A stretch of 64,000 nt of DNA from the human T2T-CHM13v2.0 reference genome, Homo sapiens. This document shows, in pieces, positions 47,618-61,500 of this stretch (position 1 is the first letter of the stretch; each line of letters opens with the position of its first letter). The position numbers and the translations under genes were made by a program. Under the pieces are notes generated by a model that saw only the letters and a program-made list of their open reading frames with translations, had not been told where the DNA came from and ran no database searches. The stretch lies in NCBI RefSeq assembly GCF_009914755.1, contig NC_060932.1, one strand, 5' to 3'.

Positions 47618-50024
47618 GGTACTTATTTCCCTTCAGTTAATAATGAAAAAAAGACTGCATTGATAATGATTAAATTCCCGGACCTTCAGTTCTTTAGGGA
47701 TGGACTAAGATGGCTGGTATCACGGCTTATATGAGTGAGTTGAACCTGATGTAGCTTATGTTAAGAAATAAAGTTTACATTTTCATTTTTATCTTTCAAT
47801 TATTTTCTTCCATGAATTTTTTGAAGTTCCGTCATATTACCCTCCAAATTTAGTAGTTTGTAACAACTATTTGATTATGTTCATTGGGCTGTCAGACTCT
47901 ATGAGTCAGGATTTCAGAAAAGGAACTGTAGGGATGGGTTGTTTCTACTCCATGATGTTCTGAACCTTTTCCGAATCTAGAGATAGTGCAATGGGTGGGG
48001 ACCAGAAAGCTTTGAAGGCTCATTTGCTCCCATGTCTAGAGCCTGAGTTGAGGTGACTCAAATATGGAGACTCACTAACCACAGCACCTACACATGCCTT
48101 CTCCATGTGGCTTGACTTCTTCACAACACCATGGCCTTGGGGTATATGGACTTCTAACACAGTAGCTCAGGGCATGAGTATTGTAGTGCACAAGATGGGA
48201 ATTCAATTCCCTTTTATGGCCCAGCCAGATTCAAGGGGAGGGGAACTCTTCATGAGAGGGTGGCATATAAGACAGGAAGTGCTATTATAATCATTTACCA
48301 TCCAGTCCTGTTCTCTACCTATTACTTGTACTTTTTCTACCTTGTTAAATTAAAAAAGAAATAACTGTATGTCTTTACATAGCTTTATTACTCAAATATG
48401 GTGAGGTGGGTGTGTTTTGTTCTAACTTTTAAAAACTATATATAATTTTTTAAACTCGATCTTCCTTAAAGATTCCAGAACACCTCCACTGAATGAATGG
48501 GTTGGAATGATGTGTCCTTCTGATGAAAATCACCACTTCGCCATTGATTTCTCAAATGCCCAGTAATCAGAGGAGGAACAAACATACATTAATCTCATTT
48601 TTCACAAGAGGATATTTTGTATCTGACCAGAAAAGGAGCTTTCCAAATATTTGGTGAATTATTTGAAACATTAAAAAAAAACTTTAAAATAGGCTTATAG
48701 AGTTTATTTGAATTCTTTAGTTGTTTATGATATCTTTTTGGCCATAATCTTCAAAATTAGATCCAATGGAAGACATTTCAAAATAGTAGGATACTATATA
48801 GAGATAATTTATGTTCAGGGTAATTCATTTCCCTAATGACCTTTTCCTTGCAAATTGCACAAGTTTGATTTGTGAACTCAAAGTATGTAAGCTTTAGTCT
48901 CATATGAAACATAACAGTCATAAAATAAAAATTTCTTTTTCCTCTTTGACAGGAAGACTTCTTAGTTTCTCTCTATATTCAATTCTCAGTTAAGAGCTTT
49001 CCTTGTTGAAGGCTGAGTATGAGTTTTCCACTGCTATTGTCAGCTTTTATCATTTATTTGAACCAAGGTCTCCTTAGTACATTAGTTTATCTTGACTGTC
49101 AGTAAGAGATACTGACAGTTTCACCTTCACAAGTGTTTATTAATTTTCTTTTCTTTTTTTCTAAGCATAGACTGGAGATCAGTGACTACTTTTTTCATAT
49201 TCTTATCATACTGATGAACTTTTAAAAAAATTCAAAACATATATGGCATAAGGTCTTTTAAGTGATGACTCTTCCCCAGAATATTACAAATAGTACCCAA
49301 TTTATTAATGTTGAAGATGTTAAATGATTCTCCTCTATTGACTATATTTTATTTTTTATTTGTTTTTTAGCTGAAAGAAATATAAGAAATACAACCTAAT
49401 ACTGTAATGAAGTGTTCCTGAACAAAAATACAGATAAGCTGTTTTAAAATATTATCTTTATTTGTATGCTCATATCAGGATAACTCCAACTAAGGCAATT
49501 TGTCTAAGTAGCTCATTTATTTAAAAAGAAAAGTAAAAATAGCAATGAATTATTTGCCTCTGACATATTTGTGAAAGTTTTTTAAGAATTGTGCTGGGAT
49601 GGGAAAGATGCCTAGGAAGCATTTTCCCTAAGAACATCAGGCTTCTTACAGCAATTTATACACATGTATGGTAAATTATTCTCATTGCCAAAGATGGTTA
49701 TTTAGTATGGATAGATTCTCCAAAAACTTACAAGACATCATCATTCATCTGAATCTCTTCCCTGCTCCCCACCATTCAGAATTTGTTGTAATTTGTGAAA
49801 GAAAAGTGAAAGAGGCAAGAAGAGTGAAGAGCTTCAGATTTAACCACTCAGAGTATGGGTTCAAATTCTGCAATCTGCCTCAAAGTAAATATGTAAACTC
49901 TTAAAAATCATTTGACTTTAGTGGCCCTCAGTTTCCTTATCTGTAAAGTGGGTTTGATAATACCTGCTATGTATTAAAATATTTGTTTGGGTGATGACAC
50001 TGTTTACCAAGGTAGATTTATTAA

Positions 50025-50350
<326 letters not shown>

Positions 50351-51911
50351 GAAAAGTCATTTTCACACTTGCTATGTGGCAGAACATCCAGTATCTATTG
50401 CTCTCTTTGCAGATAAATTATTTTGTGCCGAAAGCAACAGCAATTTCTTTGGCAGAAAATGTGATTATGTTATATCAGTAGATAATCATGTATCTCATGT
50501 AATGCAAGCTGTACAACTAAACATGAGAGGTCACTTCCCAGCTTCCTTTAATATGTATTTGCTGTATTGTCAGCTATCTCCTGAGAGATGATAAATATCA
50601 CACACAATAGATGGAAGATGACAAACATGGAGACAATGAAGTGAGAAACCCTTAAAATCAAGAAAATTGTACTCTATAACTTAATAGTTTCCTGCACATT
50701 GGGGAAAGGTCTCTGTTATTCAGCATTAGCACAAGTATCCTTTAGACAACTTCACTGACCAAACAGTGGCCCCCAAACAGCTTGAGCAATACAGCGTGTG
50801 TTGATTGATGAACACATCCCAACAGTATCTACTGGGCACCTGCAATGCCCGCACACCACACATTGCTTGTGCTCAGCTTTCAATAGACAGCGCAGGTCAA
50901 GCAAGTGAATATGCGCTGAGTTGTTTGTTGTTGTGCTGTTTTAATAGGTTTTGGTTTACCTCGCCATGCAAAGGTGGGTGAAAAGAATGACTGAAATCTA
51001 TTTTGTCCCCACCCTGCTTTGTCCTCTTTGGGTCTCTATGGAGAAGAATGGACAGGGAGAATTTAGGGTAGCTTAGAGCCTCCCTGTCTCATGCAACTGA
51101 TACTCAGCAAGGGAAGCAGTGACCCTCAAAACCCAAATTTTGAGTGGCCAGGCCTCCAAGATCAGACAAAACGAGAGGAAGAACTATCACAATTGTCTAC
51201 AAGTAGCAGTGTTCTTGGCTTGGGCCCAAAATACCAGGAATATTTTCATTAATAGGGACAATGATAAATAAAATAGGAAGTGAGATAAGAGGTCATTGCC
51301 TAAGGAAACAAGGTTTTTCTTCTCATTTTTACAACTCTCCAAATGACCCACAAAAGGAAGTGCAGGCAAATAATATTTTAAGTTCCAGAATGCACTTTCA
51401 CTTTTCCAAGCAGGATTGCCTACAGATAAATCCAAGAGGGAGGTCATTACATTGAATGGAAGATATTTAGAATAGGCGGCTTCGCCCCATGTAAAGCAAT
51501 TGTAAGCCTTTCTTTGTGTTTTAGAAGTTTTTAGATAAATAGTCAGACTCAATTAAGCTCTATAACTTCAAGAGATGGTGCTTCTAAGGAGTTACACAGT
51601 AGGGACTGCAGACGTGGGATTCTGCGGTCTGTTAACAGGCCTGTGGGAGGGCTGAGAGAATCAGCTATTGTGCTTCAATCAGCAACAGAGCCTACAGTGC
51701 CACCGTCAATTTAACCATGGAGCTTTAGAGTGTGGATGGGGACAAATGGCTGTGTGAAACAGAACTTGAGAAAGGGGCAACACATTTAGTATGAAAGAAT
51801 TAAGGGTTTAGACACAAAGACAACTACAGAAAAATTTTTTAGAAATAGGCTTAAGGTTTGAGGATTGACAAGAGGAGACATGGCAAACGTTGCTGCAGCT
51901 AATCTCATATT

Positions 51912-52155
51912 TGGTTAAGAGCATAGGTCATAGAGCCAGACTGCCTGGGATTGAGTGCTGGCCCATAAATTTAACTACTGCGTAATCCTGGGCAAGTTAC
52001 TTCCACTCTCTGTACCTGCCTCAGTTTCCTCATTTGCCACGTGAGGCAATTATAACACTATCTACCTCACATTGGCTTTTGAGGTATTCAATGAATTAAC
52101 ACATGTAAAGTTTTTCCAATGGTCTCAACAGTTTTGAAAAAGTGCTCAATATTTA
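51912..52155 (+). mobile_element. MIR
   Basis: tggttaagagcatagg...gagccagactgcctggg...gggcaagttactt...gcctcagtttcctcatt...aagtgctcaata. Confidence 0.85.
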
Positions 52156-52184
52156 ACTAACACTGTACCCAGAACTTCCCCTAG

Positions 52185-52440
52185 TAATAAGTAGTATTTA
52201 CGTAACACCTACTAGGTGACAGGACTTATGCAAAGTAATTTATGTGTATTATGCTTGCACTTAATAACTCTATGGCATAGATACTATTATCACCTCAATT
52301 TCACCCATAATGAAATTGCAGCACAGAGCAGTGAAGAAGCTTGCCCAAGGTTACACAGCAAGTCAGTGGTGCTATCAGCATTCAAATCCAAGCAGTTTGA
52401 CTCTAGGCATGACACACTTCATCACTGGGCTGTACTACCG
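52185..52440 (-). mobile_element. MIR
   Basis: tagatactattatcacc...atgaaattgcagcacagag...cttgcccaaggttacacagc...attcaaatccaagcagtttgactc. Confidence 0.85.
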
Positions 52441-55400
52441 TTAAACTTGCCATAGGAAATAGTGGACACAAACAATGTCCTTGCTTTTAAGTCTGTTTCA
52501 GTGGGTTTAGGCTTCTCAACAACAGGGGTTTTAGTGAATTTCTTACATCTTCCTAGTACCTTGCAGACCACCTTGGCTGAAGTGCATATTTGATTAGGTA
52601 ACTGGCTAACTGGTTTCCTGCCCTTTGTTAATTGCAGGTGCTAAGCTCTATGACTCCTGCCTGTATCCTAAAAGCGCATGACAAAACTCATGCCATCCCT
52701 CATGGAGCAGTCCTCCTGACACTGCTATAGTCCCCCGTCCCTCACTGTGTCACCCCTCCCCCATGTCCCAATAAAGGGACAGTCACTGGTCTCTCTGTTC
52801 ATTCACCTTCCCTGTCGTCCATCCTCTTTGCAGCACTCCCACTCCATGGCCAGCATGGGGAGGATCACAGGAGACTTTATTAAAAACAATAATGGAGGAG
52901 ACAAGAGAAATAAAAAGGAGAGACAGGCCGGGAGGTCCCTTTGAATCTTTTTGTCTTGCCTGGTCTGAGGGCTGCCTTGCCACCTCTGCTTTCCTGCTTT
53001 TAATCTCAGAAGTCTCTAACGTGCAGAATGAGCAAAGTGGGGGTTGAAAAAAGCAAACCATTTGGAAGCCAGAAAAAATATTAGAACTTTCATTTCTAAA
53101 ACAATAAGAAAGTTAATAATAAATTCATATAAGGCCTAACATTGGAGCCTTCACACCATCAGTATATTAAGCGGCCGTGCGTCATTCATCTGCTAAAAAA
53201 AAAAGAAAGAAAAAGAAAAAGCTCCAGAGAGCTAAAGAAATTGATGGGGCTGCCTCACTTGATTGTCCTCTTTCAGCACATTATGATATAGCACAGCTTC
53301 AGTGTATTTGGGAAAACGGACTCATGGATTATTTTATATAGTTTAAACTAAATTAATATTTACAACATGGACAAGTGTCTTAAAAAACACAAAAATACTG
53401 GCACATGTGTACAAGAAAATAGCAGTTCTTGAGATTTCTATTCTTGGTAAGTGCCATGTATTAGAAGTAAAAAAACAAGGTTAGCTAAGTAGATCTAACA
53501 AATCATCAGAGAATTTTGAAAATATCAAAATTCCTCCTTGAAATTCAGATTTTCTTTCACTATTCTTGACAATGAATTCTGCTTGAAGTGAATAGTATCC
53601 TTTACAATATGAGGCAATCATCAAATACTACATTCTTAAGGTAAAAGTAGATAAGTGTACACTATCATACAATTGTATAATTAAAGGATTAGATAAATTA
53701 TAGAATTTGCCGCTAATTAACCAAGAGTACTCTATTATCTTATCAAATTTGTGTCATGTGAAATATGGGTGGGCCTCAGTATTTTAAGAGTCTAAAACAA
53801 TCTGCATTTGTTTTTGAAATTTACAATTGGTACCCTTAAACTGCTTTCTGTAAGGCAGATTTGGATGTTCTTACAACAGCTTGGCAACAAATTCAAACTA
53901 TCGAATGTAATGTTTCTTTGTGCCCACCAGTAGCTAGGTTTGGGCAGCTTTACCTAACTAATATTTGATTATTTGAAAGTTTTCTTGCAGCTATTTTGAA
54001 ACTATGTTCCTTTGGACATATGGGATGCCCTGCGGAATGCTCTTGGAGGGCCAAGGGAAGAGGGTTTAGAAGGAGGCCTCACTCCACTTCTTCTGTAACC
54101 TCTCCATTTGTTTCTAGATATTAAACTTCTGCGGAATAATTCATTTGAAAATCAGGTTCGATTGCCAAGAATTATTTAAAATTCATCAGTTCATTGATTC
54201 AAAAATATTGTCTTTATTATTGACATTTTAAGTTATTAAATATTCAACTTATTCAATAAACCCATTCATTTATTCTACAAGCATTAGAACAACTATAACC
54301 TTATACCTTTGTTCTTATTATTTAAAAACTGAGTAGAATTAGAAAATAATAAGAAGACTGATAATACTGGTAATAAGGTTACAATTCTCACCCCTTATAT
54401 CTGTGCAATTAAAATAAGGTGGATGTCAAGACCTGCTGGGTGGGGCAAACCTTGAGCTACAATAAAAACCTACTGAACTTTAATCTAGTCAGCTCTATAT
54501 CAAGAGTGAAGACAAGAACATTGTTAAAATGTTTTATGAAATCCTGGGGCTATCTTTCATCTTTAAGGGTTTAGAGAAGAACTATAATTTGGGATTTTAA
54601 AATATTTATTGGTTCTCTGGGAATGGAAAGTCTCCAATAATCTTGAAGGGTCAAGCATTGTAATTTAACTTATTTAACCTTCAGAAACAAAGTGGAGACT
54701 ACCAATAAAGCATACTCCTTCCTAATGAATAGAGCTACACACGTCACTAAATTTTACAATATGCCATCCTTCAAAATTATCATAAGCCATTTCGTTGAAA
54801 TTTATAGTAAGTTTACCTATCTGATGCCAGTGAGTTTGGTCGCTTATAGGTACATATTACTAGTGATTTAAGATATTCAGATTTTTTTCACTTGCATTTT
54901 ATTCATATTTCAGCTGCTGATTTACTTCAGACACACCTCAATGCCTGTGCTAATTTGCATGTTTTTTCAAGAGTTCAACACAAACTTAGGAAACACATTC
55001 CTAGATAGACCTCTAATAAGTGACCTGCACAGTCATGTAGTATAGTATAAACAAGTAACAACAGTTATCTTACTCTATATTTTTCAGTACTTACTGACAA
55101 AAGAAAAGATCTTCATAGGCCTAAATGCATTCTGGATGAAATTATTAGCTACTTTCTCTGTTCAAAATCACCTTTTCATTTGCTTGAAGGAAAAAATTCA
55201 GATTATTTGAGCAGACAACTAAGACCAAATGAATCTAAAGCTCTCTCACTTCTAATTATTTCGAATTAGATAACAGTATTCAGGTATAGATCCTACATGG
55301 AAATAGCCTCCAAATGTAAAGAGAAGATAATCCATGGAGGGCGTCATTCTTTAAAAACCTCTTTGATAAGAGAGGGGGCACATCTTTTGTACACATTGTA

Positions 55401-56305
55401 AGAAGATTTAAACATGGAGATGCCCTCCCTCCCTCAGACCATGGGGCCAAAACCAAAGGGGGTTTGGAATTTCCCAACTCCACCGCCAAAGATAATCTTG
55501 TATTGGGACAAAAGTCGAGGATGACTCAGAATGTAATTAGGGTTGTGCATCTAAGCAAATGACACAATATAGCTTGCGGTATTAAAAAAAAAAAAAGAAG
55601 AAAAGAAAAGAACACAAGGCCCAGGAAAAGGCTGCTAATGTATCCACACAGAGACAAGGCTGTGGCAGAATGAAAACAAAACCTCCTTAATTAGCAAATT
55701 ATAGCACAGGGGCTGATAAAACTCTGTGTTTTGTAGCTGAGCTACCCACTTATCGCTCCTCCCCTCTCATCATCTGCACAAGTGAGAGCACTTCTAATGT
55801 TTATACTTAAAACAAATGACAGGGGGGAAAGGTTTCTAATAAGAGGCTGAGCTGAAGCCCCATTTCTAAGAAAATAGAATGGCTCTAGTGTTTTGTCAGC
55901 ATTCTTGCTAATGCCACAACCAACAGGATGAAACAGGCACATAGCACAGAAGATCCTGTAGCCCAGACTTGTTTATCCACAGGCTGCTGGTCTGTATTGT
56001 TATTCAGGTGCTTTTTTTTTCTTTTCTGATATGTATCTGCTTTAGGAATATTTCCCTGTTCTTGTGATGATGGGCAGGAGAAAGAAAAGACATGAAATTC
56101 CCTTGTTTGTGTGCCTCTAAAATGTCACCTCACAGCATGTCCAGACACCCAGCCAAGAAATGGCTTAGTCAGGCTCTCTGCCAACTGGCATGAACCTGAA
56201 GATTACTGGGCCTCCTGGAGGGCGATCTTTTTCCCACACAACAAACCTTACAATCTACCTTGCAATGGTCCCAATACTAATACTAATTCCTCTTGCAATA
56301 TAGGG

Positions 56306-56572
56306 CAGGGGTCAGCTAACTTTTTCTCAAAAGGGCTGGATATTAAGTATTTTAGGCTCTGTTGCAACTCCTCAATTCTGCTTTTGTAGTATGAAAGCAG
56401 CCATAGACAACACATAAATGAATTAGTGTGGCTCTGTTCCAATAAAACTTTATTTACAAATGCACGGACAACATATAAAGGAAGGAAAGTGGTTGTTCTT
56501 CAATAAAGCTTTATTTACAAACAGAGGTGGCAGGAAGGATTTGGCCCAAGGGCCATCGCTTGTTGACCCTTG
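56306..56572 (+). mobile_element. MER58A hAT MITE with an internal ~60-bp tandem duplication
   Basis: TIRs caggggtcagctaac and gcttgttgacccttg, with an imperfect 8-bp TSD atataggg/atagagag. gacaaca...caataaa.ctttatttacaaa is present twice. Confidence 0.85.
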
Positions 56573-56884
56573 ATAGAGAGGATGGAAACTCAGAATATTA
56601 ATAAAATTTCTGCCATTATGTAGTTAAAAAGGTAATATGTAAAATATAGTTGCATCAAATTTCACCCATCAATTTGATTATAGTCCAAATCTGCTCATGG
56701 ACTTCATTTATTTCCCTATTTATTAAAAAATAATAAATAGAGCCAACTATGCTGTAAGCATTGTGCTAGAAAAGTCAATCTGCTACCAGAAATGATTAAA
56801 AAAAAAAGAAGAATAAATAAAAACTAGTGAACAAGACAGGTGCATCATGTACCTCATAGAGCATAGTGTCTATGAAAATAGAGA

Positions 56885-57480
56885 GTCGCTCATTCTGCAA
56901 ATATTTATTAAGGTTCTACCATGTGTCATCCACTCTTCTAGGTAGAAGGTATACTGCATCAACGAGATAGACAAGGATGCTGCTCTAATGGAGTTTGCAT
57001 TCTTAGTAGGCGGAGATAGAATAAATAATCTGACAGACAATAAGTAACACAGCATTATGCAGTAGCAAGTACCATGAAGAAATAAAACAGTATAATAAGG
57101 TAGAAAGTCTCTTAGTAAAGTGGGGAAGGTGGTAGGTAATGGTGCTCAGAGACTTTCTGAGAAGACTGCTGAGTGAAGACCTGAATGAAGAGAAGTAGCC
57201 AACCATGCAAAGATCAGGGGGAAGAATTTTCTGAGCTGAGTAAACAGCTTGTAAAGTCCCTGAGGCAGGAATGAGCCTGTCTGTTGGAGAAATAACAAGA
57301 AGGCCAATGTCACTTGAGTGTCTGGAATGTCGTTTGAAGGTAGTAAATGATGGGGCCAGTGAGAGGTGTGGGGCAGATCATATAAGACCTCCTGGTAAGA
57401 ATTCAGATTTTATTCCTATGTAATGAGAAGTTGTAGGAGGATTTTAAGGGGGGAAATGACATTCTTATTCATTTAAATTA
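56885..57480 (-). mobile_element. L2 (L2a-like) 3' end
   Basis: cattctgcaaatatttatta...ctaatggagtttgcattct...gacctgaatgaagagaag...aaagtccctgaggcaggaatgagc...ggggcagatcatata. Confidence 0.85.
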
Positions 57481-57858
57481 CATTAAGCCAATACCTTTAT
57501 ATGAGAGGAGTGCTATTAAAAGAAAGCTCAATGTGAAATGGTACAGTCAGGGGTAAGGAAGAACTGTAATTGCCCATAGAAACTCATAGAAAAGGACCTA
57601 CTTGTCATAGCCCTAAAACCTGAGCTCTCTCAATGGAGACAGTTTACCAAAAGGCTGTTATAACACTAACTGCCTAACTTCTGGGTCTGAAAGGGTTTTT
57701 TTTGGATCTTTTGATTCTAAAATGTAACAAGCAACCAATAATACCGAACTATTTGTTGAAAAGTTAATACAGATTCTGAAGGGCTCTTACTTGGCTTGAA
57801 AATCAGAGGTCTATTCTTCAAATGAAGTTGATGGGGACATTTCTACAACTCGATTTAA

Positions 57859-58337
<479 letters not shown>

Positions 58338-58403
58338 TAAGAGCATTCTCTCTGACTGTTGCACAGCCACCACCGGCCACCAAAACAATAATATACCTGT
58401 GAG

Positions 58404-58548
58404 AATTAAGTTCTCATGTGCACATATTATACAGATGTATATTAATATAATTAAGTTCTCATGTGCACATATTATACAGATGCATATTATTATAATTAAG
58501 TTCTCATGTGCATATAGTATACAGATATATACATATTATACAGATGTA
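58404..58548. repeat. 45-bp minisatellite, about 3 copies
   Basis: aattaagttctcatgtgcacatattatacagatg... starts at 58404, 58449 and 58494. Confidence 0.93.
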
Positions 58549-61500
58549 TGCAGTAAATGGCTCCCTACTGTACTGAACAAGAAATACTAAGTTCTTGTGC
58601 TTATAGAAGTACAAAACATTATTGTACAAAGGAATATCTAGCTGACCCTCAAGTAGCCTAGTGCTAACATTTAAGCAGACTTTAGCATCTTAAAGTAGTT
58701 ACAAGGTCCCTTAATTTTCACTATTTTATAGTTACCACTATACACTTGAGCACTTGATTTCTTAAAAACTGATTATTACAATAACAAAAAATTAATCCAG
58801 ACCCTTAATGAACATGTTCAGAGGTATAAAAATGGATAAGCGACATTTACTACACTTGAGGAACTCACAGTCTAGGTGGGAAAACAAGCCTAGAAACAAA
58901 CAATTAAAACAACCACCACAACAACTTTGAACTACAGCATTAACATGATACAGTCAATGTACTGTGATGACATTTGAGAACTCAGCCTGGGAGGGTAAGT
59001 GGAGTGTGGGTAGATTTCCTGGAGAAACTGGCAACAGAGCTGACCCTTAAAGAATAATTAAGAAGATGAATTGGAGTGACTAGAGAAGTTTTTGAGATTC
59101 TAGATTACTGGTTAAATATAATTTGAATAATTAATAACCACCTACTCTGGACCCAATATTGTTTTAACTAGTATTAGGACAAAAATAACCATAGGTTATA
59201 GTCCTTGCCTATAGGACAACTTACAATCTATTGAAGAGGTAAGGTGTATACCTCGAATAAAATGCTGACAGTAGACAGTAAAGTGCAGAATGCAATAGAT
59301 AATGCATTCATTTTTTCATTTAACACATATTTATTGCATATCTGTTATAAATATGTTATATACTCTTCTGGGAACTGAGGTTATGACATTGGACAAACAC
59401 ACAAGGTCACTGGCCTCATGGAGGTCACATTCTAATGGATATTAATAGGGATTAATATATATGTAATATATGGGTTTAAAAAAATCGTCATCATCAATGT
59501 GTTTTGGGTAATAGCATTTCAAATCTTAACTCTGAAGAAAAGAATACAATATGCAAATAGGGGACATCCTTAACCAAAAAATGTTGTCAATAGAAAAACA
59601 GCTAAATAGTCCAGTAAAATCTTTGTATTTCTTAAAATATTCTGGATGGCAATTCATAACTATATTTTCCATTAATAGTCATCAATTTTAGCTAGTGTAA
59701 AATATGTATAGCAAATAGACTATTGTTTTCTGTTACAAGGCATTATTGACTCAATTTATTTAAACTTTTAACAAAAAAAGACATCATTTGGCAAAAGCAA
59801 AACAGATCTTCTAAGGATTCCCCAAATCTTAGAACATTATACATATTTAAATCTAAATATTTTAAATGTACATCTTTGTGAACTTTTTGAGATGTGGGAG
59901 ACAGAAAACAATAGTTCACAAAGTACAGGATGTGGGCTAAATGTTTCACTGTCATAGAGAGGTAGGGAGAGATCATAAGAAAGTGACAAAGACACAGAGG
60001 CCAGCTGTATTTATCATTACTTATCTAAGAGCTGGTCACTCTCAGGTATTTACTATGACTTGCTAATAATTCCAAAAAGAGCTGTATTACAGAAGAGATC
60101 AAACCAGAAACACACCCAGGTGTTTCACAAAATAAAACTATGATGTTAGGCATATTATTCACACCACCCTTCCTGGTCTGAGATGTCACAATAATGCTAT
60201 CAACCTACCTCATTTTAATCGACAAGTGATTATGGAAAGTTGATTTCTTTGAATTAAATCCATCACATCAAGAAAGCAGTGCCATAACAGTTCCAGTATT
60301 TATGGTGACCCACAAATCATTTGCCCCCTTGCATGCCTTGCTTCTCATCCTGTTCAGTTGCAAGACCAGAAAAGTTGAGGAAGGAGGTTTCCCTTCATGG
60401 AAGGTGATGGATTAACATAATTATCATATAGCTTCATTTAGAGTTGATAACACATCTATTCTGCCTCAAAACCTTTCCTGATAGCGATGCCATGAGCTGC
60501 ATAATAATCACTATGCTTTGATTAATTATTTTGCCAAATAAATGGATAAATTAATTTCACCTACATACACTGATAGCCTCAGTTTCTGCAGGGTGTTGCT
60601 TCTTCCTATGGCAACTACTTGGAATCAAAATAGAAGTAATACAAATTGCAGTACTGAGCATACCAAATGGTTACAGTAAAAAGATTTCCATTTCAATTAT
60701 CAGAATAAAAATATCACATGAAGTTTAGAACTTGGAGTGAAGAAAACTCCTAATTAAGGGAAACTTATGAAAGCCTTTAGCAAGTTCTTTGCTGAATGCA
60801 TTTTTTGGTTTCTTGATCCTCCAACCAATCACATTGACAATGACAAAAGATATGCAAATTTAAACTGACAATAGTCAAGCCACATTGCTCTGACTCATAC
60901 CAATAGGGACGTTTTCAGCATATATTCAGCTTGATTTTTACACTTGAAAGGGTGAATGTAACCAAAGAACATTTTAATAGTTATTCTTGGCTATAATCTG
61001 AAAGCTATCCCATAATCATTGACCAAGAACAATGCAAACAAGAATCAAATTTATTTTGCAAAATAAATTAACATATGAAACACGTGCATGATTTAAGCCC
61101 AGCAGAATTATGTGTTTACCCTGTCACTGCTGAATAATTGCATAGCAACAAGAAATATGCATTACTATGTTTGAATCACTATTGTGATTATACGCTTTAA
61201 GCAAACAAAACATTACGTTTTTGGTAGAATAGATCATTCAGGATAACTTGGGACTAAATTTTCCTTCCCGTTCCCTCAAAGAATCCAGACTAATATGTAA
61301 TGATTGAATTCTCACTAAAAACTATACGGATGGTGTACTGAAGAATAATAACAAGCTGTTCAACCAAAATCATTTGTTTACAATGGAAATAAATTTTACC
61401 AAAGAAAAATACAAACATCCTATTATAAACTACTACTGAAAGTAATGCATAAAATTTCAGCTACAATTGTAAAAAACCTGAGAGTTCTGTTTGCTTTTTA

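Noticed and set aside
48500-48575. Possible C/D-box snoRNA (atgatg...ctga)
   Set aside because: Box spacing and terminal stem do not fit, and it is antisense to the host gene.
58404-58548. CRISPR-like repeat-spacer appearance
   Set aside because: The 'spacers' are homologous to each other, the context is eukaryotic, and no cas genes are present. It is a minisatellite.
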